A stretch of DNA of 64,000 nt from Rhina ancylostomus (lineage: Eukaryota). Made by a program: the position numbers and the translations under genes. The notes beneath the pieces were generated by a model. The model was given only the letters and a program-made list of their open reading frames with translations. It made no database searches and was not told the DNA's origin. The DNA is taken from positions 14,276,663 to 14,340,662 of the forward strand of contig JARFYF010000029.1 of NCBI GenBank assembly GCA_030265395.1, in the 5' to 3' direction. Positions 39,207 through 51,790 of this stretch are shown in pieces; the first letter of the stretch is position 1; every line of letters starts with the position of its first letter.

Positions 39207-39284
39207 ACCATGATATGCAGTACTATTCCTCCTACTAGTACTAGTAGTATATGAAATGGTACTACTCCTTATAGACATTTTTGT

Positions 39285-40225
39285 GTGGCTGGTCCAGATG
39301 AGTTTCTGGTCAATGGTAACCTCCATGATTTTGTTGGTGTAGCACTTGGTGATGAGATGCAATTGAATGCAAGAGCAGGTGGTTAGACTCTCATCGGAGA
39401 TAGTTATTGCTTGGCACTTTGGTGCCATTGATGTTACTTCTCACTAATCAGCCCATGCCTGAATGTTGTCTCGGCCTGGTGCATGCATTGCTTCATTTGC
39501 TGAGAAGTTACAAATGGACTTGATAAGTGTGCAATCATTCACAAACATCTCCATTTCTGACCTTTCGATGGAAGGAAGATCGTTGATGACACAGCCTTAA
39601 GGAGCTACTGCAGTGATATCCTGAGGCTGAAATGATTAACCTCCAACAAGCACAACCATCTTCCTTTGTGTAGGGTAAGGCTCCAACCACTGGAGTATTT
39701 TCCCCTGGATGTCTGTCAACTCTGATTCTCTGGCTCCAGTTTTACTACAGTGTCTCGACGCTACACTCAGTCAAATGCTGACTTTATGTCAAGGACAGAC
39801 ACTCCTACCTCACATCTGGAATTCAGTTCTTTAGTCCAGTTTTAATCCAATGCTGTGATGAGGTCTGAAGCTGACTAGTCTTTTTCATACACAAACTGGA
39901 CAACATAGATAAGTATTTGTGAGTAAATGCCACTTGGTAGGTTGTGAATGACAACTTACATCATTTTATTGATGATGGAGTAGACACTGAGTGTTCATTA
40001 GACTGATTAGATTTATCATGCTTTTTGTGGCTAAGACATACCTGGTCAATTTCCCACATTGTTGTGCAGATGCTAGAACTAAAACAGCTTGGCTAGAGAC
40101 CCAGCTAGTACTGGTGCATCATCATTACAACAGCTAGGATGTTGTCTGTTTCCATAGCTTTTGCTGTATCCAGTGCCCTTGATATCACATGAAGTAAATC
40201 AAATTACTTGGAGATTGGCTTCTGC
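39285..40225 (-). mobile_element. Second CR1/L2-group LINE family, RT region remnant
   Basis: Minus strand gives INDLPSIERSEMEMFVNDCT (degenerate FADD) and VTIDQKLIWTSH. Confidence 0.7.
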
Positions 40226-43200
40226 GATCAGTCACAAAAATTTGGCTGTTGTAGTTCTTTATGGAAGCAGCTTCCACCACTAAATCTCTGGACGTTTCCT
40301 CCATTATGTCAGGGGTGGGACAAAATTAATAGCTCTGTAATTTTCTACTCTATTCACTGTTCTGTTATTGAAGCAGCCCAAGTCAGCTTATACTGGAATC
40401 ACATCTTAACTAAGGCTGAAAATTTAAACCAAGATCATGGGAGCATCAAACACCTCCAGGTCAAACTAAACATTGTTACTTCATTATCATTGGTTAAAGT
40501 CCTCAAATTCCTTAAAACCAGTGTGGGAAAATTAACAGAACAAGGACTGTATTGGGTCATGTCGGCCCACCGCTTCCTTCTCTGAGTGTTTGGGGTATAA
40601 TAGTTGCCAATCTCGTCTATATCCTAGTAGAATTTATTTTATGTTGTATGACATCAATAGCTGAAACAAACATTTGCCTCTTAATCAGCTCTGCAAACAG
40701 AACAAAATTAAAATCGCGAAAGAACATTATTGCTCAGCAGCAAGAAATAAGCAAGAATATATTGCTTCAAGGGAAAGATCATGACCCTACAAACATGACC
40801 CATTTACACAACAGACTAAACAATGATGTGAATGAAGTGAGAGACTATAGAGTGGAAGGGTTTGCGTACATGGTGGCATATATGCAACATGTTCAGATAA
40901 CAAATGCATGACAATGTCTGTGAACTGCACCATTTTACTGCCATATTTTCCTGTCATTCTTTTCATGAGCAAAAATGTGTACTTTGAGCTGAAGTCAGAG
41001 AATTCACATGGAACTGGCAAGATACACCAGTTGTTTTTGAAGATTTAGATTTGCTTTAAACATTCATATTTGTGGAATATTCTGTACATTGGGATTTAAT
41101 TTAATATTTATAGCACATGGTTCTAAAAGGGACTACTTTTTATTCTTTTCATATACAAATACATAAGCCCAAAGCATACAATATTTTAATAGCCCTTATC
41201 TGAACCATGTAAATATTTAACAGAGGTATTGTGCCTAATAAATAGAACATATTGTACAATTGAGCTATTTTCAGTTTGAGATGTCACAAGGATTGTGTTC
41301 TGTCACTGGCAAAACATGTTGGAACCAATGTTGTTAGTTTCTTTTTGTCCCTTTGAAAATTATTGGCATAGCTTATTTTATACCTAATAGGTACAGTTTG
41401 TCCTTGAGCAGTGACTCATGGAGACCTACTGAAATATACTGACTGACAGCTGTGCTGTATAAAACAAACTCCTGTTCCCTAGCTGGGAACAAACTCCTGT
41501 TCAGGCAACACTTGTGTAGGAAAACAATAAGGTTAGGTTATAGTCTTGGTTCCAATATCCTTTTATATATTGGTTTTGTTGTTTCGATAATGAACCCTCT
41601 TGTTGATTAGAATCTGTTTCCTTGCAACATCTTTGCCACAGTTTTAACTGTACTCTCTCATAACATTCGGGCACATACAGAATAAATGAAATTTTATCTT
41701 CAGATGCCTGAGTCTGTCCAGGCCATATTAGATGTGCAGTTGCACCAGTCCTATCTCAAAGTGGAAGTTATTCTTTTCAGTAAAATGTCATCTTTGAGTA
41801 GGCTAACCTTATTAAGCCTGGTCTTAAGGTGTAATCGTGTAAATCATATACCTTTGTAGTGTCTGACATGAACTGTATGGCAGAATACAGCAGTGACAAT
41901 GGTAAGAGAAAATTGGTCTGGTGAGGAAATATAAAGGCTTCAATGTGTAGACTCCCATGAGAAGATTGGAAAATGATAAGAGAAATGAAGCAACTGCAAG
42001 AAACTTTGGCCACTGGGAATCTGAAATAAAAGCTGAAAGTACTGCAAACATACAGGGAGCATCTCTGTAGGAAGAAACCAATTTCATCTTACAAGACAAT
42101 AACATTTCAACAGAGAATGAAGACAGTTTTCATTCCAAACCATAAATCTAAAGCCTCTCCAGATACCACTAGTGTCTGAAGATGCTGGGTCGGCTAACCC
42201 TCTAATTTGGCACAGTGTCCTGTGTTTGTTCTCTACCTCCCCTGACTGTGTATTCTCTGCATCAGAACAAACTATGAAGCAGGCTGTTGGTTCTCTGGAG
42301 AGCCTGGCTAAACTGCCAGCATCCATTTCATCTTTTTCTTATACATTTAGTGGAGTGTTTTAGGATGGGATAACAAATCTGGTCAAATAATGCATGCACA
42401 AATCAAAGTTCTTGGAAGCACAGAGGAATTTGAAGCACCTTAAACAATTGAGTGAAAGTGTCCAAGTGTTTTATTTCTCAGAATTCCATTAAGTTGGTGC
42501 TGCACACTGTTGGATTTGACAAAACAAATCAATGTGTCACCTTTGAACCTTCAATTGTAAGGCTTCTTTTTGTGAGAGAAAGAGTCCTCAATTCAATGTC
42601 TGGCCAGACACCTCACATTATGCTGCCTGCATTGTGCTGGAAATTACTGGAGGGGAATCAATCAGCATCATTGTGGCTTTTCATTGCATTAGTGTTTGAG
42701 TATTGATCTGCAGTCAAAGAACGGAATGCCAATGATGTTTCAGCAGAAATAACGAAAAAAGAGTTCTTTGTCCTTTTGTGAGAGTGACCTTTAATTTAGA
42801 ACTTAGAGCTAAATGTTCTCCCTCACTATACATGCAAATGTAATATTGCGTACTTTTCATATGCAGAATTATTGCAACTTACTCATGAAAGAATGGTGCC
42901 ATTTCATTTATTTGCATGGAGAAAGAGCAGAGATTGTATCCTGCAGCTTCTTATGCATGCATAATATTTAGTTCTTTAAATTTGTGCATGAAATTTTGCA
43001 AAGTATTCCTTGTTCCCAATGAAATGCTTAAACCAGCAGTTACTAGGTGTGCTGAGATACAAAAGATTGACAGATAATCCATCATCCAATGTCCTAGCCC
43101 TTTCTATGTACATTGGCTTGAAGCTATCTGATGATAAAACATTGAATGTTGCTACAGCACCTGAGCAGTGTATAATGCTGATGATAGTTGACAGCTAGAA

Positions 43201-45109
43201 TATCAAACATTTCACCTAAAGTTAGCACTACATTCAACAATTATTTCTCAATATTAAGGTCAGAATGCATTTATGGAATATTTTTCCTGAATTACTTCTT
43301 AAAGGACCTCCTAATTGTGGCTCTTTAACCTTCATTTCAGTTGCCCTACATGCTCTAAAGGTTTTTGATACGGATACCTGTTGTGCCTTGGCCATTACTC
43401 AACCTTTGCTAGATACTGCTGCCATGATGTCTTGCAATGAATCTAGTCTTCATCAACTAAACACTGTAATCTAAAACATAGGTACGGGTACATTCATTTA
43501 CAATACGTTCCACTAAATATTTGTTGATGAGTAATATTAATAATCAACTGATAAGGATTACTGCTTTACAGTCAAGGGATTGAGGGTTTAGAAATGCATC
43601 CATGACTTAACTACACTTCCTTCACCTGCTCTGTTTCAACTAATTCCTTTAATGCTAATCTGGATTTACTAACTGAGAACAAAACCAGTTAAACTGATGT
43701 TTCCTGCAGTTGAAAAGCTTGCCAACATCTCTATTATGATAGTGGTCTTCCTGCGTGATTTCCCAGGCTAGTGGAACCATGATCTGATTTAATAGCCAAT
43801 GCCAATATATAGACTGAAGCAAAATGCAGCGGAGTTAAACTAGGTGGATAAAATTGCAGGAGAAAAGGAGGAAAAGGTTGCTGGAATATTCTCATTAAAA
43901 TTAATACACTTATTGTGGGTATTACTTATACAGTTTACTTATTCACTCATAAAACATTTTCAGAATAGCTACGAAAGATAATAAATTTTAAAATATTGTA
44001 AATGCTGGAAATCACTTATCAAGTCAGACAGCAGCTATGGAGAGAGAAACCATTAACATTTCAGGTCAACGATTTTCCATCAGTATATGGGGGAAATCAG
44101 GACTTCCTCTAGATGGATATTTCTAATTTGTAATATGTTCATCTTCTGATTTAAAAATTTCTCGCAACACAACTGAATTCATGCCGATGTAAAATTCAGG
44201 TTTACTTGGGTACGTAGTTTGCTTATATGTGTGTCTAGATGATGTTATTATATATAATAGCAAAAGTTCAACTCAGAAGGGTTGAGAGATAGAAGAAAGT
44301 AAATCTTCTGACTGCCTTCCACTGAGCTGTCCATGGTTCTGGATTGGCACAGGCTTTTGTGTAATCATGTGCCACATCGTGCCTTATATTTCAAACCCAC
44401 ACATCATTGAGGGACTTTGAAGACAGACAGCAAAGATTTTGGAATTAAGCCTAGAAACTGGATCACACAGTGCGTGTTATCTTTTGGACCCTATGTGGTC
44501 CAATGTAGATTTTATCCAGAGTAGCTTGGGCTGGGCATCATTTCTGGGTGAAATTCTAAGCCTCTTGCAGGAGCTAATTTAGACAAAATGTCATGCTGAG
44601 CTCTTGGCAGGGGTGACCAAAAGGGTCAAAGTGCAAGATTTTATTAGAGAGGCGGCCTAAAAGAATGAGGCAAACATGGAGAATTAGGGAAGTTTATCAA
44701 GAAAACGCTAGAGCTTGAGGTCCAGACATCTATAGGCATGGCCACCTCTGGTGTGGAATAAGGAGTGGTTGTTCTATTGGAACCTATCATTGTCCTGCAA
44801 CACAAAAACTTTTCACAGCTCTGCAGAATACAACACACTGTGTTAACTTGTTGCTTTGCTCATGTGTGAGATCTACTTAAAGTTTTCACAACTTTGCATA
44901 AAAAGCTTCATACTTTTATTGAGTAAATCAATTAGATCATTAACAAGTTCTGTAGCTGACCTAATGCTTTGGAATTGAGTTACTCAAGGTTGAGAATTTG
45001 AGTGGTTGTGCTCTATTTTTATTTGGGTCATGAAAGGAATGCAATGATTATTATCTATTTCAGTATCGTGTTCCCCTTAATCTTGGTAATATACAACCAC
45101 AAGGTACCC

Positions 45110-45382
45110 CATCCAGGCAGCATCTTGGTGAATCTCCTCTATACTCCCTCCAGTGTAACCACATCCTTCCTATAGTGTGGTGACCAAAACTGTACACAAT
45201 ACTCCAAGTGCAGTCTAACCAGTATTATGTAAAGTTGCAACATAATGTCCCAACTTTTACATTCTGTGCCCCAACCTATGAAGGCAAGCATACCACATGC
45301 CTTCTTCACCAGTCTGTCTACTTGCATTGCCACTTTCAGGAGACTAGGGACTTGAACCACAAAGTCCCTTTATTCATCAACA
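45110..45382 (-). mobile_element. CR1 fragment
   Basis: ORF 45139..45360: VKKACGMLAFI...IMLQLY..LVRLHLEYCVQFWSPHYRKDV..LEGV. Confidence 0.9.
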
Positions 45383-46092
45383 TTTATATAGTTATAGTGA
45401 TAGGGTTATATAGTTATGCTTCTCTAACCATATAAAGAACTATTTCTATTATTTTCAGTGGACCTATAACTTTACTTCCAATGGATGACCTGAGCAACAT
45501 TCTCAAGGATGTGCTAAATTCTGGAAAAATCTAAGCAGGCACCAAAGTAATAGTAATCTAGTCATCAAATATATGAGTTTAGATCCAAACAATCCTTTAT
45601 TGGATCTTTTGAATCCTAAGGGGAGATTCACTGCTGCCACTTAATGATTTTTTTTTCATTTAAAACTCAGCTACAACTTTAGCTTTGATAGCCATGTCTT
45701 TAATTCTATTTCTGTTTCTCCCTTAAAGAATTTTCATTAAAAGCAGTTATTACTAAAGTCAGAGGCAGTAGCCCAGAGGAATTACTGCTCTGGTGATGCA
45801 AAGGTGCTAAATAAACAAACATCAATTGAGGAAACATGATTGCTAAGGCATCTTGGCATTGATGATATTAATTCATCCTTTCTACTATTCCCTGCAGGTT
45901 TAGTTAATAAAAAAACATTTAGCTTTTATGAGTAATGGTTATAAGTGTCATTTGTAATGATACAGAACTGATCTTTTAGAGATTCTGATGGANNNNNNNN
46001 NNNNNNNNNNNNNNNNNNNNNNNNNNNNNNNNNNNNNNNNNNNNNNNNNNNNNNNNNNNNNNNNNNNNNNNNNNNNNNNNNNNNNNNNNNNN

Positions 46093-46125
<33 letters not shown>
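46093..46125. repeat. (CT)n microsatellite abutting a gap
   Basis: About 16 CT units directly after the N run. Confidence 0.95.
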
Positions 46126-46128
<3 letters not shown>

Positions 46129-47899
46129 ATGTCCCTGTTGAGGTACAGTTCTATGGATCATAGCCCTTTGCACACTTAGCCAAATGACCATTTCTGTTAT
46201 GTGAAATTGAACACCTCTCTGCTCTATTTATCCATGAGAGTATCACATAGAAGCATAATTTTGCCCTTAAACAAAAACAGAAAATGGTGCCAAGTTTTCA
46301 GGTGGTATTTGGGAGATATTTGGATTGTCCTGATTGCCATTCCCGATTTTCTTGAAGTAGTCATGATGTATTTATGTCACTCGATGTCACTGTTCAGAAT
46401 CAGGCCAAACCAATGACTGGCTGCTTGGAAACACAAGCCATCCTCTCTCCACCTGGGTCCTGTTTAATGAGGAAAGCCACATGAAATCTCATTCAGCACA
46501 TTCTCATATCGTCAAGTAATACTACCCTTGCTGTTCTAGAATCACCTTACAACACACAAGTTTCCAAACTTCGGTCACTGCAAACTCCACATTCTGGCAA
46601 TACTGTGGGCTTAACCCTTGGCAGCACTGCGGAGCTGAAAATGAGGAAGCAGGAACCAGAGAAGGAGGAAAATTAAAAGCAGTTCAGAGAGCCTTTTTCA
46701 AGCCAGGCTGCATATGATTCAGGGATGGGCAGTGCAATAACAGCCGGCAGACATTCCTCCATGAGGTTGAGCCACTGGAGAGGCATTTTCCCTACTAGGT
46801 TATTGCTGCCAGTGCTAGTTGTGTACCAACTTCTATAGAGAAAGATAACATAGTGTGTTTTGATGATGTAGCTATTCAACTGAAATAGCCAGCAATGTGT
46901 TTTAGTTGTCATATGTGGGGATCAAGCTTGAACTACTGGTAAGTCTAGAAATATAAAGGATGTGCCTTTACTGATGGTGATTGCGAGGAGGTGAGTGATG
47001 AAGAGGTGGTAGATTGAGCAGCACGTGAGGCTGGTGGTTAGTGGGGAATAATGACCACTCATGTTTGGTCATGGAACTTTTCCTGGCACTGTCTCTTTCT
47101 CCTTGAGGATCCACTCCTGGCANNNNNNNNNNNNNNNNNNNNNNNNNNNNNNNNNNNNNNNNNNNNNNNNNNNNNNNNNNNNNNNNNNNNNNNNNTTACC
47201 AAGACCTTTGAGCTACCTTTGAAAATCTGGGTGCCAACTCTGGTCTGTGTTCAGTTATAGCTTCCAGCTGGCTGCCAAGACCTCTGGAATGTCTTCCACC
47301 ACCAGATTCAGCCTAAAACACTGTCCCTTTAAGAATGTAGACAAGCTTTAAGTGGAGTTAGACACCTTTAACTGTCATTAGACACTCATGAAAGTGGACC
47401 TTGTGGTGATGTGCTGTGTTAATAGACAATGTGATAAGCACTAGCTTGGTGAAAAATGACGACAATGATCCAATGAAAGGTTCTCCATGTAGCCTTCAGA
47501 GAGCAAAACGGGAATGGATTACTTGCACCTTCCAAAACTAATGCTAGTTTTCCAGTGTTATTCAATTTAGCTGCTATCATATTTTAAACAAAAATAGAAA
47601 GAAGACGAAATCAGGAGGTGATGGTTAAGATGAGCATGCAGTGGAAGAGATGGAGATGGGACAGTAGTGATTAAGTGACAAATAAATTTCAATAAGAAAA
47701 TATCTCCAAATATCAATTGGGAACCAAGACCCATGCTGAGATGTTTCTTGTACCATTATTTCTACTGGCACATTAATGTGGTTAACTCAGCAGTGATCAG
47801 AAATTTTAAAGGCGAAGCTCTCTCTTTAATTGATTATGTGTTATAGTTGCTGTGTGCAGTTAAGTGGTTTGGGCGATTAGTAAGGCTCATTATTGGTTC

Positions 47900-49400
47900 A
47901 TACAGGGGCATGGGCATCACTAGCAAGGCCAATGTGCATTGCCCCTCATACTGCCCTCTTGCCCTTGAGAAGGTGGTGCTGAAATGTCTTCCTGAAGCTC
48001 TGCTAATCTTCTGGTGAGGGTACACTCACGGGGCATTGAGATAAGGATTTCCAGGAATTTGACCCAACAGTAACAAAAAAATAGAAATATGCTTCCAAAT
48101 TAGGATGGTGTCTGATTTGGATAAGGTCTTGGAGGTATTATTCTGATGCATCTATTGCCTTTGTTGGTAAACCACTGTTATTGATAAAATCTCAGATGGA
48201 GACAAAGAGGTGTGCATGAGTGAGATAGATTGGCTGTTGGGTAGTGCCACAATAACAACCTCAGACTCAACATCAACAAGACCAAGGATTGATTGTGGAC
48301 TCCAGGAAGAGGAAGCCAGGAGAACACACACCAGTCCTCATTGAGGGGTCAGTAGTGGAAAGGGCGAGCAGCTTCAAGTTCCTCGGTGTCAAGGAATGTG
48401 TTGGGCCTAGGAGGATCTATCCTGGGCCCAACACATTGATTCAATCATGAAGAAGACATGCCAGCAANNNNNNNNNNNNNNNNNNNNNNNNNNNNNNNNN
48501 NNNNNNNNNNNNNNNNNNNNNNNNNNNNNNNNNNNNNNNNNNNNNNNNNNNNNNNNNNNNNNNNNNNNNNNNNNNNNNNNNNNNNNNNNNNNNNNNNNNN
48601 NNNNNNNNNNNNNNNNNNNNNNNNNNNNNNNNNNNNNNNNNNNNNNNNNNNNNNNNNNNNNNNNNNNNNNNNNNNNNNNNNNNNNNNNNNNNNNNNNNNN
48701 NNNNNNNNNNNNNNNNNNNNNNNNNNNNNNNNNNNNNNNNNNNNNNNNNNNNNNNNNNNNNNNNNNNNNNNNNNNNNNNNNNNNNNNNNNNNNNNNNNNN
48801 NNNNNNNNNNNNNNNNNNNNNNNNNNNNNNNNNNNNNNNNNNNNNNNNNNNNNNNNNNNNNNNNNNNNNNNNNNNNNNNNNNNNNNNNNNNNNNNNNNNN
48901 NNNNNNNNNNNNNNNNNNNNNNNNNNNNNNNNNACAACAAATTATGTCGTATAAGACTGATAATAAATCTGATTCTGTCTTTATAATTTATGAGTTTGGG
49001 AAGTGTCATTGAAGCCTTCATAAATTGTTGTATTACATCTTTCAAATCTTACTCTGGTAGTGAAGGAGATACATGTTTCAGATTGATAATTGGGTATTAA
49101 TCAACTAGGCTTTGTTCTTGACAGTGTTGAGTTGCTTAAGTATTGTTGGAGCTGCGCTTATCCAAGGCATATGGAGAGTGTTCCATATGGTGAGAATCTT
49201 ATGAGATAAAGAAAAGTTGGCCAGAGAATTGCCAGGTTCTGACTTGGTCCTGCAGCCACAGTAGTTATGTGGCTAATCTCATTATTTTCTGATCACTGGT
49301 GACCCATAGGATGTAGATGATAGGGGCTTTGGCAATGGAAATGCAGGTATAAGTGTCAAGGAGGGTGTTAGAACCTGTCTTATTGGACTGTTTTGAAGCC
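47900..49400. mobile_element. CR1/L2-group 3' fragment (minus) interrupted by a plus-strand Rex1-type copy (about 48215-48977, mostly gap)
   Basis: The signature gcaaggccaatgtg...gcccttgagaaggtggtg is at 47920-47980. Rex1 motifs caacaagaccaagga..gattgtggact and gtggaaagggcgagcagcttcaagttcctcgg and the tail taataaatctgattctg lie inside it. Confidence 0.7.
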
Positions 49401-51748
49401 GTCTTTTCATACCTCTGGATTAGTAGTCTGATATCATTACTACCATGTTGCTGTTTCACAGCTGTAATGATCCTTGTCGCAGTAATATACTGTGTGTTGC
49501 TTTGCTCAATTATAGAAGTTTAATTGCAACATATTTACAGATCTCTGTGACTAATATTTCTTGAAAACTGTTAGAATGCCTGAACTGGACATGAAGTATT
49601 GACACAATTATTTTGCATTATAAGGTTATCGGGTATATTCTGCTGTGTTTGAAGAGGTGGGGAGAAATAAATATATCTCAGTTTTATCTGGCTGAATAGC
49701 ATCTATCATGGTAATAAAGGCAATGATTGATGAAATAAATTGAAAAGCGTTGAAATAGGAGTGCAATTATTAGAAAATCTCCATGTGAATCAACAGTTAA
49801 AATAGATTTACAGGGTCTGTCTCGATATCCGGTGAAAGGTGATTTTGTATCAAAATATATATTGACATGAAGCTTGTTTCCTTTAAAAGTAAGGTGATTT
49901 CTCTCATTGTACATCACGGTACATCTAGAAGGAACAACAAACCAAATAAGAATCAATGGTTTTAAAAATGGTGAAATATTATGAACAATTCTAAGATCTA
50001 GGTTGCAAGTATTATCAAATTTGAGGATTTTTTTTCAAAATTATAAATTACTAATAAACAGTTATCTTACAGGAAGCAATTGGAGCAAACAGCCAACAGC
50101 ATAATGCTAAAATCTTCATCATTATTTCAACCATCCATTTATTTCCCACCAGCTTTAAAATGTTTGTAGGAAAACTTAGCAGATAATAATTATAGAAGTA
50201 AAAGTAAAATTAAATTTATATAATACCATGGCTGGTATGAGTGCATGTTAAATAAAACATAGGTAAAGTTGGTTGTAAACACTTCAGCCTCAATGTTTGC
50301 ACATATATACTGGCCTCCATCCCTGAAGACAGAATGTTCATTGAGCCTCTTTCTGCTGTGGATTAGTTATTCACCACAGTTCTCCTACTCCCATCGTGAG
50401 CCATTTTTTGACTGTTTAGCACCATGGGATGGTGGTGGTGTCATTGTATAATTACAGCCTTAGATACAGGTGGAGGCCTTGAAAACTGACAGGAAGAACA
50501 ATAAAGTGTAGTTTTCATTCACTATCTGAATATGGTTTTACTGGTGATATTTTGTGCACCTACCGAGAACCATTAAAAAGTGACAAGCTCTCATCTGAAT
50601 TCAGACATGCAATTTTTCTTTTGCACTTAGAATATTTAAGTATGAGAAAATAAATTGTTTTCTATTTGTAAGATTTCCTTACTTAATACAACCCTAAACA
50701 TTGAATCACATTCCAAATTGTTTCTTAAAATGCCCATCAGATTCTGCACTGAACATTATATTTTATTTAAAGACACATTAAGAGAAAATGCAGTGATGCT
50801 GTTGAAATGATGAACAGTGAGAGAAACGTTTTAACTTTAAGGATCCCACCAAGAACATAATTGTGTCATTTAGCATCAAAAATATGTCTTTATGTCATGT
50901 GGAACATTTTATTGCTCTTCTCCTGAAGTTCATAGATTAAGAGGCGAAGACAGAAAAGAAAGAAATTACCAAATCTTACTCCATTTTCTTTGCAGTAGTA
51001 GACTTCAATTTAAATTAGGTGTCTCCTTCAATTAAAAGGCACTGAATTATTCATATTATATCTACATAAACAGGGTATTGTTGCTATATGACATATTTCT
51101 GATATGCAGTTCCAGTAAAGTACTTTTAATGTACAGTTTAATAGAATAACTAATTTATTGAATAGGCTGAACTGATGTGATTATCATCCTATACACTCTG
51201 TAATGTACTGACTGACTAAAATTATACTGAAGCATTGCACAAATTTCTGGCCGTGGCCAGTTGTTCTGAATGGAGAGGGATGCAGGGGCGAAGAGTTCAA
51301 ATACTCCAATTTGCCCCACTGCTGGCCTACACACCCTGTGTTCCGCACAATTCTTCCTGTGAGCTGTGCTCCTTTGCTGCTCCACTCTGTCCTCTACATT
51401 TGCAGGATTTTCAGGGTCAAAATACTGGTGGTGATGCTGCTGCTGTTCTTATTTGTCCTTTTCTGAGGTCCATTCTAAACACATACTAACAGTATAAGCC
51501 CTCCTGATATTATTGAGAAGACCTCCATGAAAGTAAATTCTCAACAGCAGCGCTGGAAACAAGCTCCTTCCTATTAATGAAAAAAAAAGCAAAAATGAGT
51601 ATTTATTGCGGTGTCTCCTGAGTTTTAATTGGCCTCTAAAGTGCCACTGTATTATCCCCTTGCTTTCATTGCTAAGTGTTAGGAAGGCCAGGAAACTCAT
51701 GAAAGTTACATTAAATTTAAATCTGTGTTGAACCAGCACTCCAGCTGA

Positions 51749-51790
51749 GTTATAAATATGAGTTAAGGGTTATAAATATGAGTTAAGGGT
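51749..51790. repeat. 20-bp tandem duplication
   Basis: gttataaatatgagttaagg occurs twice head-to-tail. Confidence 0.9.

Noticed and set aside
46130-46161. Minus-strand ATGATCCAT resembling the TUBGCP4 start (MIH)
   Set aside because: It continues RTVPQQGH into a microsatellite, with no match to ELLLALSGYPGS.
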